Below are positions 38,931 to 50,956 of a DNA stretch of 64,000 nt, in pieces. The position numbers were made by a program, and so were the translations under genes. Position 1 is the first letter of the stretch. Each line of letters starts with the position of its first letter. The notes below the pieces were generated by a model. That model did no database searches and was not told the origin of the DNA. It worked only from the letters and a program-made list of their open reading frames with translations. The DNA comes from Octopus bimaculoides (lineage: Eukaryota). The stretch covers positions 15,604,059-15,668,058 of the forward strand of contig NC_068987.1 of assembly GCF_001194135.2 (NCBI RefSeq). The letters run 5' to 3'.

Positions 38931-38972
38931 GCTATATTCCATTCGATGTTACCTCGGGAATCTAATTCAAAG
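38931..38972 (+). CDS. PHKA: PHKA exon 7
   Basis: AIFHSMLPRESNSK; 42 nt; tttcAG/GTAACA. Confidence 0.92.
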
Positions 38973-39329
38973 GTAACATATTTTGTTTTGTCTATTCTGT
39001 TTTCAAGTTATTTGATTTTAACCTGCATATGATTATAATGTGTTTAGATATATACATGTGTGTGTGTGGCAAAAATGAATTGTACCTGTAATTCAAAGGG
39101 CCAGCTTTGTCACATTCTTTGTCATACTGAATCTCCTGAGAATTATGTTAAGGGTATGCTTGTTTGTGGAATGATCAGCCACATTCATGCTAATGTCCTG
39201 AGTAGGTTGTTCTGTTGATCGGATCAGCTGAAACATTTGTCATCGTAACTAATGAAGAGCCACTATATTGATATATTCCTGATGTATTGTTTAACAGTTT
39301 ATTCATTTTCATTCTCTGTCTCTATGCAG

Positions 39330-39434
39330 GAAATTGATGCTGGTTTATTAAGTGTGATTAGCTATCCTGCTTTTGCCTGTGATAAACCTGAACTCATTCT
39401 GGAAACTAAAAAACATATTCAAGAAAAATTACAA
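39330..39434 (+). CDS. PHKA: PHKA exon 8
   Basis: EIDAGLLSVISYPAFACDKPELILETKKHIQEKLQ; 105 nt. Confidence 0.95.
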
Positions 39435-40323
39435 GTAAGACATATTTTCTTTTTATGATTGTCTTTTATCCTTCTATATATAAGTTTGAGTCATTGAACT
39501 ATTGGCCTGCTGTAACACTGCTTTCAAAGATTTTTAATCAATCGTTTATCCCAGTACTTCATCTTTGACTTCATTTATCAAATAACTATGTCTTCCTTAG
39601 TATAAAAGCTTGTTAACACTTTAGTATTTAAACCAGCCATATCTGACCAAAATATTTAATCTGTTTTATGTTCAAACTGACCAGATCCAGGCTCTCACAC
39701 CTACCCTACAATGTTATTCTACATTAAGTAATTAGACGATCAAGATCTTGAAGATATGAGATAATGCATGATTAATTCAAATCAATGTGAATCAATAAGC
39801 ATGTTATGTTTTATAGAATAATCTGAACTCTAAAGGGTTAAGTCAATAACAGTATTTTTGTTTGATGCACTGATTCATATTGGCTTCAAATTTTGGCACA
39901 AGGTCAGAAGTTTTCGGGGAGGGATCAAACCAATTAAACTGACCCCAGTGCTTGACCCCAGTACTTATTTTATCGATCCGAAAGGATGAAAGGCAACGTC
40001 CACCTTGGCGGAATTTGAACTCAGAATGTAAAGACAGATGAAATGCCATCAAGCCTTTTACATCATTCACCTGTTTACTCAACACAGATCTCTTATCTCT
40101 TCCTCTCTCTATTTCTATCTCACTCTCTGACTGGATGTCCCTATCTATCTATCCACCAGTCTCTGTTCTCTCTCTCTCTCACTCTCTCCTCCTCTTTCTC
40201 TCTCTCTCTCTCCCTCTCCCCCCCTCTCTCTCTCTCTACTTCTATCTATATAGCTACTCACCCACTTTCCACCTTTACTGTTGTTCTTCACTTTATCATT
40301 TCTTTAACATTTTCCTTTACCAG

Positions 40324-40377
40324 GGCAGATATGGTTGTTCTCGCTTTCTCCGCGATGGTTACAAGACAGCCATTGAG
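40324..40377 (+). CDS. PHKA: PHKA exon 9
   Basis: GRYGCSRFLRDGYKTAIE; 54 nt; GTGAGT donor. Confidence 0.95.
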
Positions 40378-40592
40378 GTGAGTTTTTCTTATACATCTTC
40401 TGCTGCAAAAACTAAATGTTAAAATTTAACTCTTCATTTATAAAAAACTTAACTTTTCATTTATATTTGTATTTTCTTTAAATATACTTCAGAAAGAACT
40501 GCTTTTTCATATCAGTGCTAATATTAATGTTACTCAGAGAGAAGAGGGTATTTTTGTCTATGATCCAAGTGGGTTGTTGTTATTTATTGTAG

Positions 40593-40715
40593 GATCCTAA
40601 CAGATTATATTATGAACCTGGAGAGCTGATGAAGTTTGAACATATTGAGTGTGAGTGGCCTCTGTTCTTCACCTACTTCGTTCTGGATGGACTTTTCACT
40701 AATAACATGGAACAG
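40593..40715 (+). CDS. PHKA: PHKA exon 10
   Basis: [41 protein letters not shown]; 123 nt. Confidence 0.95.
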
Positions 40716-40990
40716 GTAAGACTCTGTATGGTTTCCTCTTTCTTTGTATTCTGTTGTGTGTTGTATTTTGGGTTGTTGTTTTTTTTGTAATTAATTAAAC
40801 AAGAGTCATCCTCTCTCATCAATCTTTCTTTCACCTTCTGGACACAAGATAGCTCCTTGGTACTGACCACTAAAGAGTGGAGTAATGTAGAACAGAAGAT
40901 ACTTTAGACTTACTGGGAACACAACCTCTGAAGTATCCAGTGTCATGATAAACTGCTATTTCTCTCTTTTTCCTACTCTCTCTCTCTCTT

Positions 40991-41021
<31 letters not shown>

Positions 41022-41069
41022 TCTTATATTTGTGTACATGTCTGTATGTGCAACTTTATAAATCAATGG

Positions 41070-41390
41070 GCTCAAACAGATCATGTGGCAATGCTGCCAG
41101 TACCTCCAATGCTCCACTACATGTCTGATCTGCAATAATAAGGCATGCAAGACAAATCGTGGTCTGAAATGCCACCTCCAGCTTCATCAAGAACAGCTGC
41201 CACAAACTAATGAAATTAATCCTGTGCAAATCCAAGAGCAATGCGTCACTTGTGTTTAATATCATGTAAATCATTGGCTGACCTGGAAAGTCATATCTGT
41301 GCACATGTAAGGATGAAGGTGAATGAGAGCAATCAGGCTGAACGTGAGACGTCTGTCATCTGTTAAAATGAGGCAATCATCATATGTGTG
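41070..41390 (+). mobile_element. Probable RTE-type LINE 3' remnant encoding degenerate C2H2-like fingers
   Basis: CLICNNKACKTNRGLKCHLQLH, then a broken CVTC...CKSLADLESHICAH; ends in catcat(atgtgtg)n. Confidence 0.5.
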
Positions 41391-41909
41391 TGTGTGTGTG
41401 TGTGTTATAAATGCAAGGCACATAATTCCAGTGCTCAGAGTTACACGTTTCCTATCATTCAGTTGGTTATCCAACCCCATTTTCTTCTGAAAAATCTGTT
41501 TGACTATATTTTGGAATATTATATGAAAATTATGAAGAAAAACACTAGTTTTTATGTTCTTTTTAAAAAACCTTGCAAGCAACACAGGCAATAATGGCTG
41601 TTGTGAGCTCAGATTTTTCATTTAATTTTTGGCTCTCATGGGACTGCTCCAAACATATTAAACTTCATACAGACAGGGTCACTCTAATGACTTTCTTCAT
41701 GAAATCTCATTGTAGTTTAAGTATTATTTGAAAGTAATATTTCTAATACAGTGCAATTGTGTGCATGAATTTGTGTACCTCTGTGCGTTTTGTATACATG
41801 TGCATGTAAATGTACTTGCGCCCATATATGCACACTTACATATATACACACACACATATTCATACATATACATGGATACATTTACATACATACACACACA
41901 CACGTGCAT

Positions 41910-41943
<34 letters not shown>

Positions 41944-42097
41944 CAGATATATGAGTGTATGCATCATATTCCCTATTTTACAGGTCATTTTGTATTCAGT
42001 TCACTTTGGCAGAAGAGTAAAAGAGAATTGATCTTTGCTGATTTGAAATTTTTAATCTTTTAATAGAAGAATCTTTTGTTTATGTATTTATATTCAG

Positions 42098-42193
42098 ACT
42101 GAAAGGTACCGGTCTCTTTTGGATGATGTCATTCACAAAAATGACGAAGGCTTAACACTGGTTCCAGAGCTTTACATGGTACCTCATGAAAAG
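42098..42193 (+). CDS. PHKA: PHKA exon 11
   Basis: TERYRSLLDDVIHKNDEGLTLVPELYMVPHEK; 96 nt; PELY motif. Confidence 0.93.
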
Positions 42194-43883
42194 GTAACCT
42201 AAATTTTCTGCACATCAGGTTTTTTTTTTTTCAGTTTGTTTTTCATCATGATGGGCTTTTTTCAGTTTCCTATACTCAATCCACTCACACAGCTTTGGTC
42301 AACCTGGAACTATTGTAGAGAACACTTCCCCAAGGTGCCACACAATGGTAAACTCCATCATCATGATCAAAGGCAGTACTTAACATCCATTTTTTTAACA
42401 TATTGGCTTGGGTTGGATGGTTTGACAGGAGCTGGCAAGCCAGAGAGCTGCACCAGACTCCAATGATCTGTTTTGGGATGGTTTCTACAGCAGAATAATA
42501 CCCTTCCTAATGTCAATTACTTTACAGAGTGTACTGTGTCCTTTCTACATGGCACAAGATTGAGTGCTTTTTACATGGTACCAGCACCCAATACACTCTG
42601 TGGAGTGATTGGCGTTAAGAAGGGTATCCAGCCATAGAAAGCAAGCCAAAATACTATGGGATCTTGTGCAGACCCTAGCCTCACCAGTTCCTGCCAAGCC
42701 ATGCCAGCCTGGAAAACAGACATTAAATGATGATGATGATGATGAGAAATTCTGTTGTGGTAGGCAGGTCAATACATACACACAGATGCAGACATGGCTG
42801 TGGAGTGGAGGAGTTCATTTTGCAATCACATGGCTTCAGGCTCTGTTATGCTTTCATGCTGAACTGCAAACAAATGGCACCACGTGTTTGCAGCCCATTT
42901 GTTTGCTTACAAGCAGCAAACACGCGAATATCAGGAGTGACACAAACACCAACACAGACACACACACACACACATGATGAGCTTCTTTCAGTTTCTATCT
43001 TCCAAGTTCCCTGACAAGGCTTTAGTTGGCCTGGGGTTTTCATGGAAGACGCTTACCCAAGGTGAAACACAGTGGGACTGAACCCAAAACCTTCTGGTTT
43101 CAAGGCAGACTTTTGAACCACACAGCCATATTCAAGTGAATTCTCAATTCTTTTATAAAGCCAACAGATAACCTAACCTGATGTGTACAGTTATGTCATC
43201 AACCAATTGACCAAACACTTAAACCTGATTTCACATTCCACTCTTCCTCGATCAACCATTTTACAGTTTCTTCTCTCTTAATTGACAACTGTACTAATCC
43301 TTTTTGTTATTGGGACAAGGTCTGAGATTTTAAAGGATGGGGCAAGTCAATTAGATCAACCCCAGCACTTGATTTGTACTTATTTTATCAATTTCCAAAA
43401 GGATGAAAGGCAAAGTTGACCATAGCAGAATTTGAACTCAGAACATGAAGACAGATGGCATTTCCACTAAGCATTTTGTGTGGCATGCTAAAGCTTCTAC
43501 CAGCTAGCTGCCTTTAGCCCTTCAGCATTCAGATTATTCTGTCAAATGTTATGGCTATTCGTTCACATTGTTATGAATTAATTACGGATTATCTGTAGCT
43601 TTGAGGTTTTCATAATGTAATAGCTTATTTTTAGGATATTGTAGGGTAGGTGTGAGAGGCTGGATTTGGCTAGTTTGAATATAAAACACGTAGAATATTT
43701 TGGCCAGATATGGCCAGTTTGAATACTAAAGGGTTAAAGAATTATTAATCCATTCTATTATAAGCACAAGGCCTGAAATTTTGGAAAGGTGCGTGGTGGG
43801 ATAACAACTATAAAATCTACAAGCTGTATATAAATTCTTAAACAAACACTGATATGTATACATCTTCTTCTTTTCCTTCTTAG

Positions 43884-43991
43884 GTTGATGCGGAATTTAA
43901 GAATCCTAAATCTCAAAAAAGAAAAGCTATTGGAAGATTACCACATTTGTGGTCTCAGTCGCTGTATGTCGTAGGGAGACTCATCTATGAG
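43884..43991 (+). CDS. PHKA: PHKA exon 12
   Basis: VDAEFKNPKSQKRKAIGRLPHLWSQSLYVVGRLIYE; 108 nt. Confidence 0.95.
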
Positions 43992-44198
43992 GTTAGTCAT
44001 CTAAAATGGTCTGATCTTCTTTGTTCATTTGATATATCATATCATCATCATCATTTAACCGTTTTTCTATGCTTGCATGGGTCAAACAGAATTTGTTGAG
44101 GCGGATTTTCTATGACCACATGCCCTTCAATAAAAACTTCACTTGTGTAATGAGGGTGCTCACTTATGACTATCACATGATATCAAAACAAGGGTACA

Positions 44199-44240
<42 letters not shown>

Positions 44241-44696
44241 ACAGGTTTCATTCAGTTTCCTCCTATGAAATCCACTCACAGTGCTTTGGTTGGCTTGGGG
44301 CTATAGTAGAAAACACTCAAGGCACTACTGCACAATAGGCCTGAACGTGAGACTTCGTGGTTGGTTATATAGTGATGTATATGTGTGTGCTCGGTTGAAT
44401 TAGTACTGGATTATTAATTCACAGAGCAACATGACATGAAATATTTTGCTCAAGAACACAACACACCACCTGGTCCAGAAATTGAAACCACAATCTCATG
44501 ATCATGAGTGCAACACCCTAACCACTAGGCTATGTTGCCTCACATACAAACATACACACAAACACACATACATACATACATACATATATGTTTATATGTC
44601 ATCGTATTGAATAATACTTGGTTATATATATCCCAAATATTCTCACCTTTCCAATTAAAGGAAAAGGTTAAAATATTTCATTTCTTACTTTGCCAG

Positions 44697-44775
44697 GGAT
44701 TCCTGTCTCCAGGAGAGTTAGATCCATTGAACAGACGTTTAGTATCTACTGCACGCCCAGATGTCGTTGTTCAAG
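44697..44775 (+). CDS. PHKA: PHKA exon 13
   Basis: GFLSPGELDPLNRRLVSTARPDVVVQ+G; 79 nt, phase 0-1. Confidence 0.95.
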
Positions 44776-46037
44776 GTAAGATGACCCTTTTGTTGAGCTT
44801 TATCTATATGGGTATAAGGAAATGAATAACAGTAGAGGTATAGAAAATTAATTTGATTGAGTTGCTATCTTCTTGTTCTGTATATTGTGGGTTCAGATTC
44901 ATGATACAAATACTAGCTTGTACCACAAAAACCCTACTATGACATCCAGTCCTTGTTGCAATGTGGTGGCTTGTATACCTTAATGACCCCTGAGAGCTAT
45001 GCCAACAAAGCACAAACTCCTTGTAGGGCTTCCCATGCTGGATGAATCAAAGGATAGGGGCCAGACTAATATGCAACACCTCTTCCCAATGGCAAAAATG
45101 GGTTTCTGTAGGACCAACACACCTACCGAGACAAAAATGCAAAACTATAGAAGCATTGATGACAATTCCAAACCAACAATACCAGGGAGAGGAAGGCTTT
45201 TCCTTTTGGGAAAGACAGCCCAGTGTTAAGAATAATGGAGAAAAGTCATCAATGGCTTATGCTTCACAGGAGTGAAGGGTTTCAGTAGTCACAAAAAGAA
45301 GAGGCTTCCTGGAATGCTCAATAAAATGGTTGGCATTAGGAAACTGCTCAGATTGTGCAACAGAACAGATTCTGCTAAAGTCACCCAAAGTCAGGAATTG
45401 GTGAAAGAAGTAAACTCAGTGATAGATTACTTGCCACTTCAGAATGGAAGCAAGTCATCTGATGGGTTATCACAATTTACATCTACTCAGTTTCATTCAC
45501 AGAGTATGGGTTGATCTGAGACTACGGTAGAAAATACTTGTCCAGGGTTCCACTCTGTAGGATTAAACATTCAAGCATAATTTGTGTGTGTTGGCACTCC
45601 GTCGCTTACGACGTCGAGGGTTCCAGTTGATCCGATCAACGGAACAGCCTGCTTGTGAAATTAACATGCAAGTGGCTGAGCACTCCACAGACATGTGTAC
45701 CTTAACGTAGTTCTCAGGGATATTCAGCGTGACACAGTGTGACAAGGCTGACCCTTTGAATTACAGGCACAACAGAAACAGAGAGAAAGTTGTGGTGAAA
45801 GAGTACAGCAAGGTTTACCACCATCCCCTGCCAGAGCCTCGTGTAGCTTTAGGTGTTTTCGCTCAATAAACACTCACAACGCCCGGTCTGGGAATCGAAA
45901 CTGTGATCTTATGACCGTGAGTCCAGTGCCTTAACCACTGGGCCATTGCGCCTCCACAGTGTAAATTAAACATTTTATATATATATCAAACTTTGTACTC
46001 AATCTATTTTTTTAAAATTAATTTTCTTCTTTTCCAG

Positions 46038-46172
46038 TGGTAATTTTAGCTGAAGATGAATTTATCCAAGAACGTCTCTCAGACTATGGTATTGAAGTGC
46101 AAACAACTAAAGAAGTAGAGCCTATAAAAGTCTACCCAGCTCGTATTTTAAGTTACATCTACTCTTTCCTGG
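46038..46172 (+). CDS. PHKA: PHKA exon 14
   Basis: (V)[44 protein letters not shown]+G; 135 nt, phase 1-1. Confidence 0.95.
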
Positions 46173-47776
46173 GTATGTTCTGTTTTTGTTTTTGTTGTTA
46201 TTTTTCCCTTTCTGCTTCATGGTTTCACTCCTTAGGTTACAACCATACACAGGCAGTTCCTTTCAAACGCTTAAGAAGATTAACATTTTCAAGTCAGGTT
46301 TACTAATCTTTATTTATTGAATGGCTAAGTTTATCTTCAGTTATATCCCATTTTGTGAGATACCTCCTCTTAAGACATAATTACCCTAACTGACAGCATA
46401 TAAGATACATTTTCTTTTAGAAAAAAAATGTCTCAAAACAAATCACTGTTGGTCATCACCATTGTTTAACGTCCGCTTTCCATACTAGCATGGGTTAGAC
46501 GATTTGACTGAGGACTGATGAACCAGGTGGCTACACCAGGCTCCAATCTGATTTGGCAGAGTTTTCACAGCTGGATGCCCTACCTAATGCTAACCACTCC
46601 GAGAGTGTAGTGGGTGCTTTTACGTGTCACCGGCACGAAGGCCAGTCAGGCGGTACTGGCAACGGCCACGCTCGAAATGGTGTTTTTTANNNNNNNNNNG
46701 CACGAAGGCCAGTCAGGCGGTACTGGCAACGGCCACGCTCGAAATGGTGTTTTTTACATGCCACCTGCACAGGAGCCAGTCCAGCGGCACTGACAACTAT
46801 CTCACTCGAATGTCTTTTCATGTGTCACTGGCACAAGTGCCAGGAAGGCAACGTTGGTAACGATCACGCTCAAATGGTGCTATTTATGTGCCACCGGCAT
46901 GGAGGCCAGACAGCTGCTCTGGCAACGATCACGCTCGAACGGTGCTCTTAGTGCTCTGCCCATAAGCTAACTTTTTTCTTGAATATGTGGTGCTGAAACT
47001 GGAATGCATTTAATGTCTTTTATGCTGTCAAATGTAGTATATACTAAGGAATTTGTATTGATGTCCTCCAGAGATTTCTTTTACTAAATTTCTTACAAGG
47101 CATTGATCAACCTGAAACTATGACAGCAGAAAATACTTGTCAAGGGCACCATACACTGAGATCAAATATGGGAGCATTTCTTTTATTGTGTGTGTTTGCA
47201 TGTGACTTCTAATTTCAAGTGAGAAGGCATGTGGCTTAGTAGTTAGAGTACTTAGGTTGCGATGGTAAGGTTATGAGTTCAATGCCTGGCAGAACATTGT
47301 CTTCTTGAGCAACACACTTTATTTCACATTGTTCCAGCTTACTCAGCTGGCAGAGATGAGTAACACCTGTATTTTGAAGGGCCAGCCTTGTAACGTTCTG
47401 TGTCACACTGAATCTACATGAGAACTACATTAAACGTATGCATTTCTGTGGAGTACTCTGCCACTTATTCATTAATTTCAAGAGTAGACTGTTTCATTAA
47501 TCAGATCAATTTGAACATCCAACATCATAACTGATGGAGTGACAATTTTTGTTTTAATTTCAAGTATATTTGGCACTTATTTTAAAATAATTTTTCTTTG
47601 AATATTTTAGACTGCTTTTTGTTTTGTTACTGGCCATTTTTATGATCATAATAATAATAGTGATAATAATAATTGTTGTTGGCACTCCGTCGCTTACGAC
47701 GTCATTATTTTTCTATGATACAGAATTACGTATTTGTGGTGGTTCTTTTAATTTAGTCAACTTTTTTCATTTACAG

Positions 47777-47886
47777 GAAAGAACAAACGTCTTGGTTTAA
47801 CAGGACGACCATCTAGTGAAATTGGTCTTTTGGCAACTAGCAAACTTTACACACTCAAAGATCAAATTTTAGCATTTGCGCCACAG
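47777..47886 (+). CDS. PHKA: PHKA exon 15
   Basis: (G)KNKRLGLTGRPSSEIGLLATSKLYTLKDQILAFAPQ; 110 nt, phase 1-0. Confidence 0.95.
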
Positions 47887-48388
47887 GTATTGTACCATTT
47901 CACATGTATATTTACATTCATTTTTATACACATTTCTTGTTGCTGTTTTTGTTGTTGTTATTGTTCTTGTTGGTAGTGGTGTTGCTGATGGCCAAGATTA
48001 AATTATTATATTTCCATTACATATAGGTATTATAGATAATGACTGGGGTTATTCAAAATGTGTTACACTCTGTTATTCAATCTATAATACTTAAGTATGA
48101 AATGGTTGACTATCACCTTTTGTTTATTTTTTTTTTCCTTTTTCTCTTTGTTTTTAACTCGTCATTCTTCAGTTTATTTTGTTATTGTTAGCATAATTGT
48201 TGTTATAATATTTTATTAAGCATAAATGACATTCCGTGAAACATAAAAGATACATAATGATATATATTAAAATTATTATCATTTTAACATATCAAGCATC
48301 ATTGTGTTGTTAAGACATATTAAATAATATTTTGATTGTTTTGCTCTCAATATTATCATAACACATCTAGTATCATTGTATTGATTAT

Positions 48389-48434
<46 letters not shown>

Positions 48435-49504
48435 CATACATACATATATATATATCATTGTGTTCATTATAACACCTATGATATAATTCTCTTTATTATG
48501 ACAACAATATTATCACAGCAATATATATTATACCATTGTATTCATTATAACATATATAATCCTACTGTTATCGTAATAACATCTATGATGTTATTGTTAT
48601 CTTAGCAACATATGTAATGACACTTTTTTTATATAATATGTCTAAATATCAATGAGGTATATCATAACATATTCAATAAGCATAATAATTCCATTTTGTT
48701 CATAATAACATGAAAATATTATGTTAAACATTTGTTTTGTCAATTTGGTTAAAAAATGGATGTACGTGTGTGATTAAATTTAAAATGATGTGCGTATGTC
48801 AGAAATAAAATGTTATTTCAATGGAGTATTATGCATATTTCTAATTCATTTTATTCTTTTTTTTTGTCAGTTCCAGTTTGCCTGTATGGTTTGTGGGCAG
48901 GCTGGGTAGGTGGGGTATGCCTGTTTGAGTGCATAAAATATAATGATGAACACTGGGCACTGTCAGGTTATTAGTAAACACATGAAAATATTTTGCTGGA
49001 ACCGCCAAAGAATTTGAAATTCTCTAAGATAAAACAAACCATCAGTCTGCAGATTCCTAGTGCAGTATCTTGGTTTGTCTTCAATACTTTTTGTAATCCT
49101 TTTTTTAATGAAATGCATTTTTAAATAAGGAAGAATTTAATGGCAGTGATGAATCAGTTTGTTTGGATTGACAGAATGGGTTAGGTTGAGTATTGGTCTA
49201 AATCTAAGCTTTTAGATTCTATCAAACCTGAACTTGAAAAATTCAAAGTTGTGGAATCTTCTGCAGCTAAGTTCACAAACTTGCTCCAAAAGATAATTAA
49301 TTCTAAAATCAAGAAAATACTGCTTGAAACTTCACCATCATACTAATGTAGATTTTATTCTTTCAGCTAAATTATCCCAAGATCTTTTTTACAGATATCA
49401 AAAAAAAAAAAAATCAATGGATGCCTTTTTGTCTTGTCCTCATCCTGCCCTTCTAATTTTCTTCTTTTTCCGATGCCATTTATTACTATTTTTTTTGTTC
49501 ACAG

Positions 49505-49649
49505 TTCCTGGATAACCTACAATTCTATCTGCCCCTAGACAACAGCTTTCTCATGGACAATTTTAAGTCCGATGTTGAGACTTTGAGTCACCAATGGAGA
49601 ATGTTAGGACGGCCAGTTATAGTCTTTCCTGTCAGCAAGATGATGTTAG
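49505..49649 (+). CDS. PHKA: PHKA exon 16a (first of two homologous alternative exons)
   Basis: FLDNLQFYLPLDNSFLMDNFKSDVETLSHQWRMLGRPVIVFPVSKMML+G; 145 nt, phase 0-1. Resembles human [48 protein letters not shown]. Confidence 0.92.
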
Positions 49650-50640
49650 GTGGGCTGAGTTATCTCGTGTTTGGAAATTTTCTTTTCCATTTATGTGAGC
49701 TCCTTAAACTCCAACCCACCACTGTCTTAATTGTCTTTTTCATTTATTTATTTATTTATTTAAAGATCGCTCTAATTTGGGGCCTGATTTTACTACATTT
49801 CTATAATTGCATGCTTCACATGTTTTTGAAATATTGCACAATGAAAATTGATTTTTCTTGAAATAACAAAAATATTTCTTCTAAAGTAGAAAAAGTAAAC
49901 GATATATTAACATTTTGATATTACAATTTCAGATGAGATCTGGTTATAAAATTACCAGTTTTTACTGCTTTATTTGTATTTTAAAGAGTATAGTGGTGCT
50001 AGCATAGATCAAAAAAGGGTAGAGGTGAGACTTCAAGAGAACATTTGTTGGTTAGAAAATACTTCTCTGTCTCTAGGCCATTTTTTAAACAGTAGGCCAT
50101 TTTTTGTGTGGCATAACATATATGGATCGAAAATAGTAGAGACCTCAGTTGTTAATAAAGACTTCCATGAGTCAATGAGAGAGCCTCAGTGAGGTTGCTC
50201 AATCTGCTAGGGATAGCAACCAGATCTCCTTTAAATCACATCTTATCTAAAACCGCTGTCAATCAGGGTTAACTATGTATCTTCACATGGAAAGTTCTCC
50301 TCTAGTATACCTGGATGCTAGAGCTTGACCAAACAAGCCCAGCAGGTGCACATGCACCAAGTGTCCCCTCTCTACATCACTGATGTTGTTTAAGGAAAAG
50401 GCAAGGGTGAATACAGTTTGGCCCCAATATCAGCACAGGTTAACTCAGGACATGGAAAAAGAAAACAAATACTGCTAAGTATTTTGTTCAATGCGCCAAC
50501 AGTTCTACATCCCAACTCTCCTGTACTGATCCTCTGTTTCATTGACTCTGAAAGGATCAAAAATGAAGTTGACCTTGTTAGGGTTTGAACTCAGAATGTA
50601 AAGAGCTGGAACAAATACTGCAAAGTATTTAGTCATTTCT

Positions 50641-50956
50641 ATAATAATAATAATAATGAAATTATTGTATACAGTGCTCAGGTGCACTACAACTTGTCAA
50701 AAGTGCGTATAAAGCACATGCAGTATTGTACAAATGTCTGGAAAGTGAACAGTGTATGAGTCAGATACATGCTTGCGTGTGTATGGAGGGGAGAAAATCA
50801 GGTGTAGTGTTGGCGAATCTCAGGAAGTATGGAAGTTTTGAAGGATGCAGTGCTCCGACAACTGACAACTGATGCTGGCAGTTTGTTCCATACTTCAGCA
50901 ACTCTTAGCGTGAAAAAGTGTTTCCGAAAGTCATGGGAGTTGTGCTGTTTTCTGAC
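50641..50956 (-). mobile_element. CR1/L2-type LINE 3' fragment
   Basis: Minus strand VRKQHNSHDFRKHFFTLRVAEVWNKLPASVVSCRSTASFKTSILPEIRQHYT*, the typical CR1 ORF2 C-terminus, followed by a 3' UTR and (ATT)n tail. Confidence 0.85.

Noticed and set aside
46634-46755. Identical 56-nt repeat on both sides of a 10-N gap
   Set aside because: Same scaffolding artefact.
49933-49949. Acceptor giving DEIWL* after exon 16a
   Set aside because: Weak pyrimidine tract, immediate stop, no homology to exon 17.
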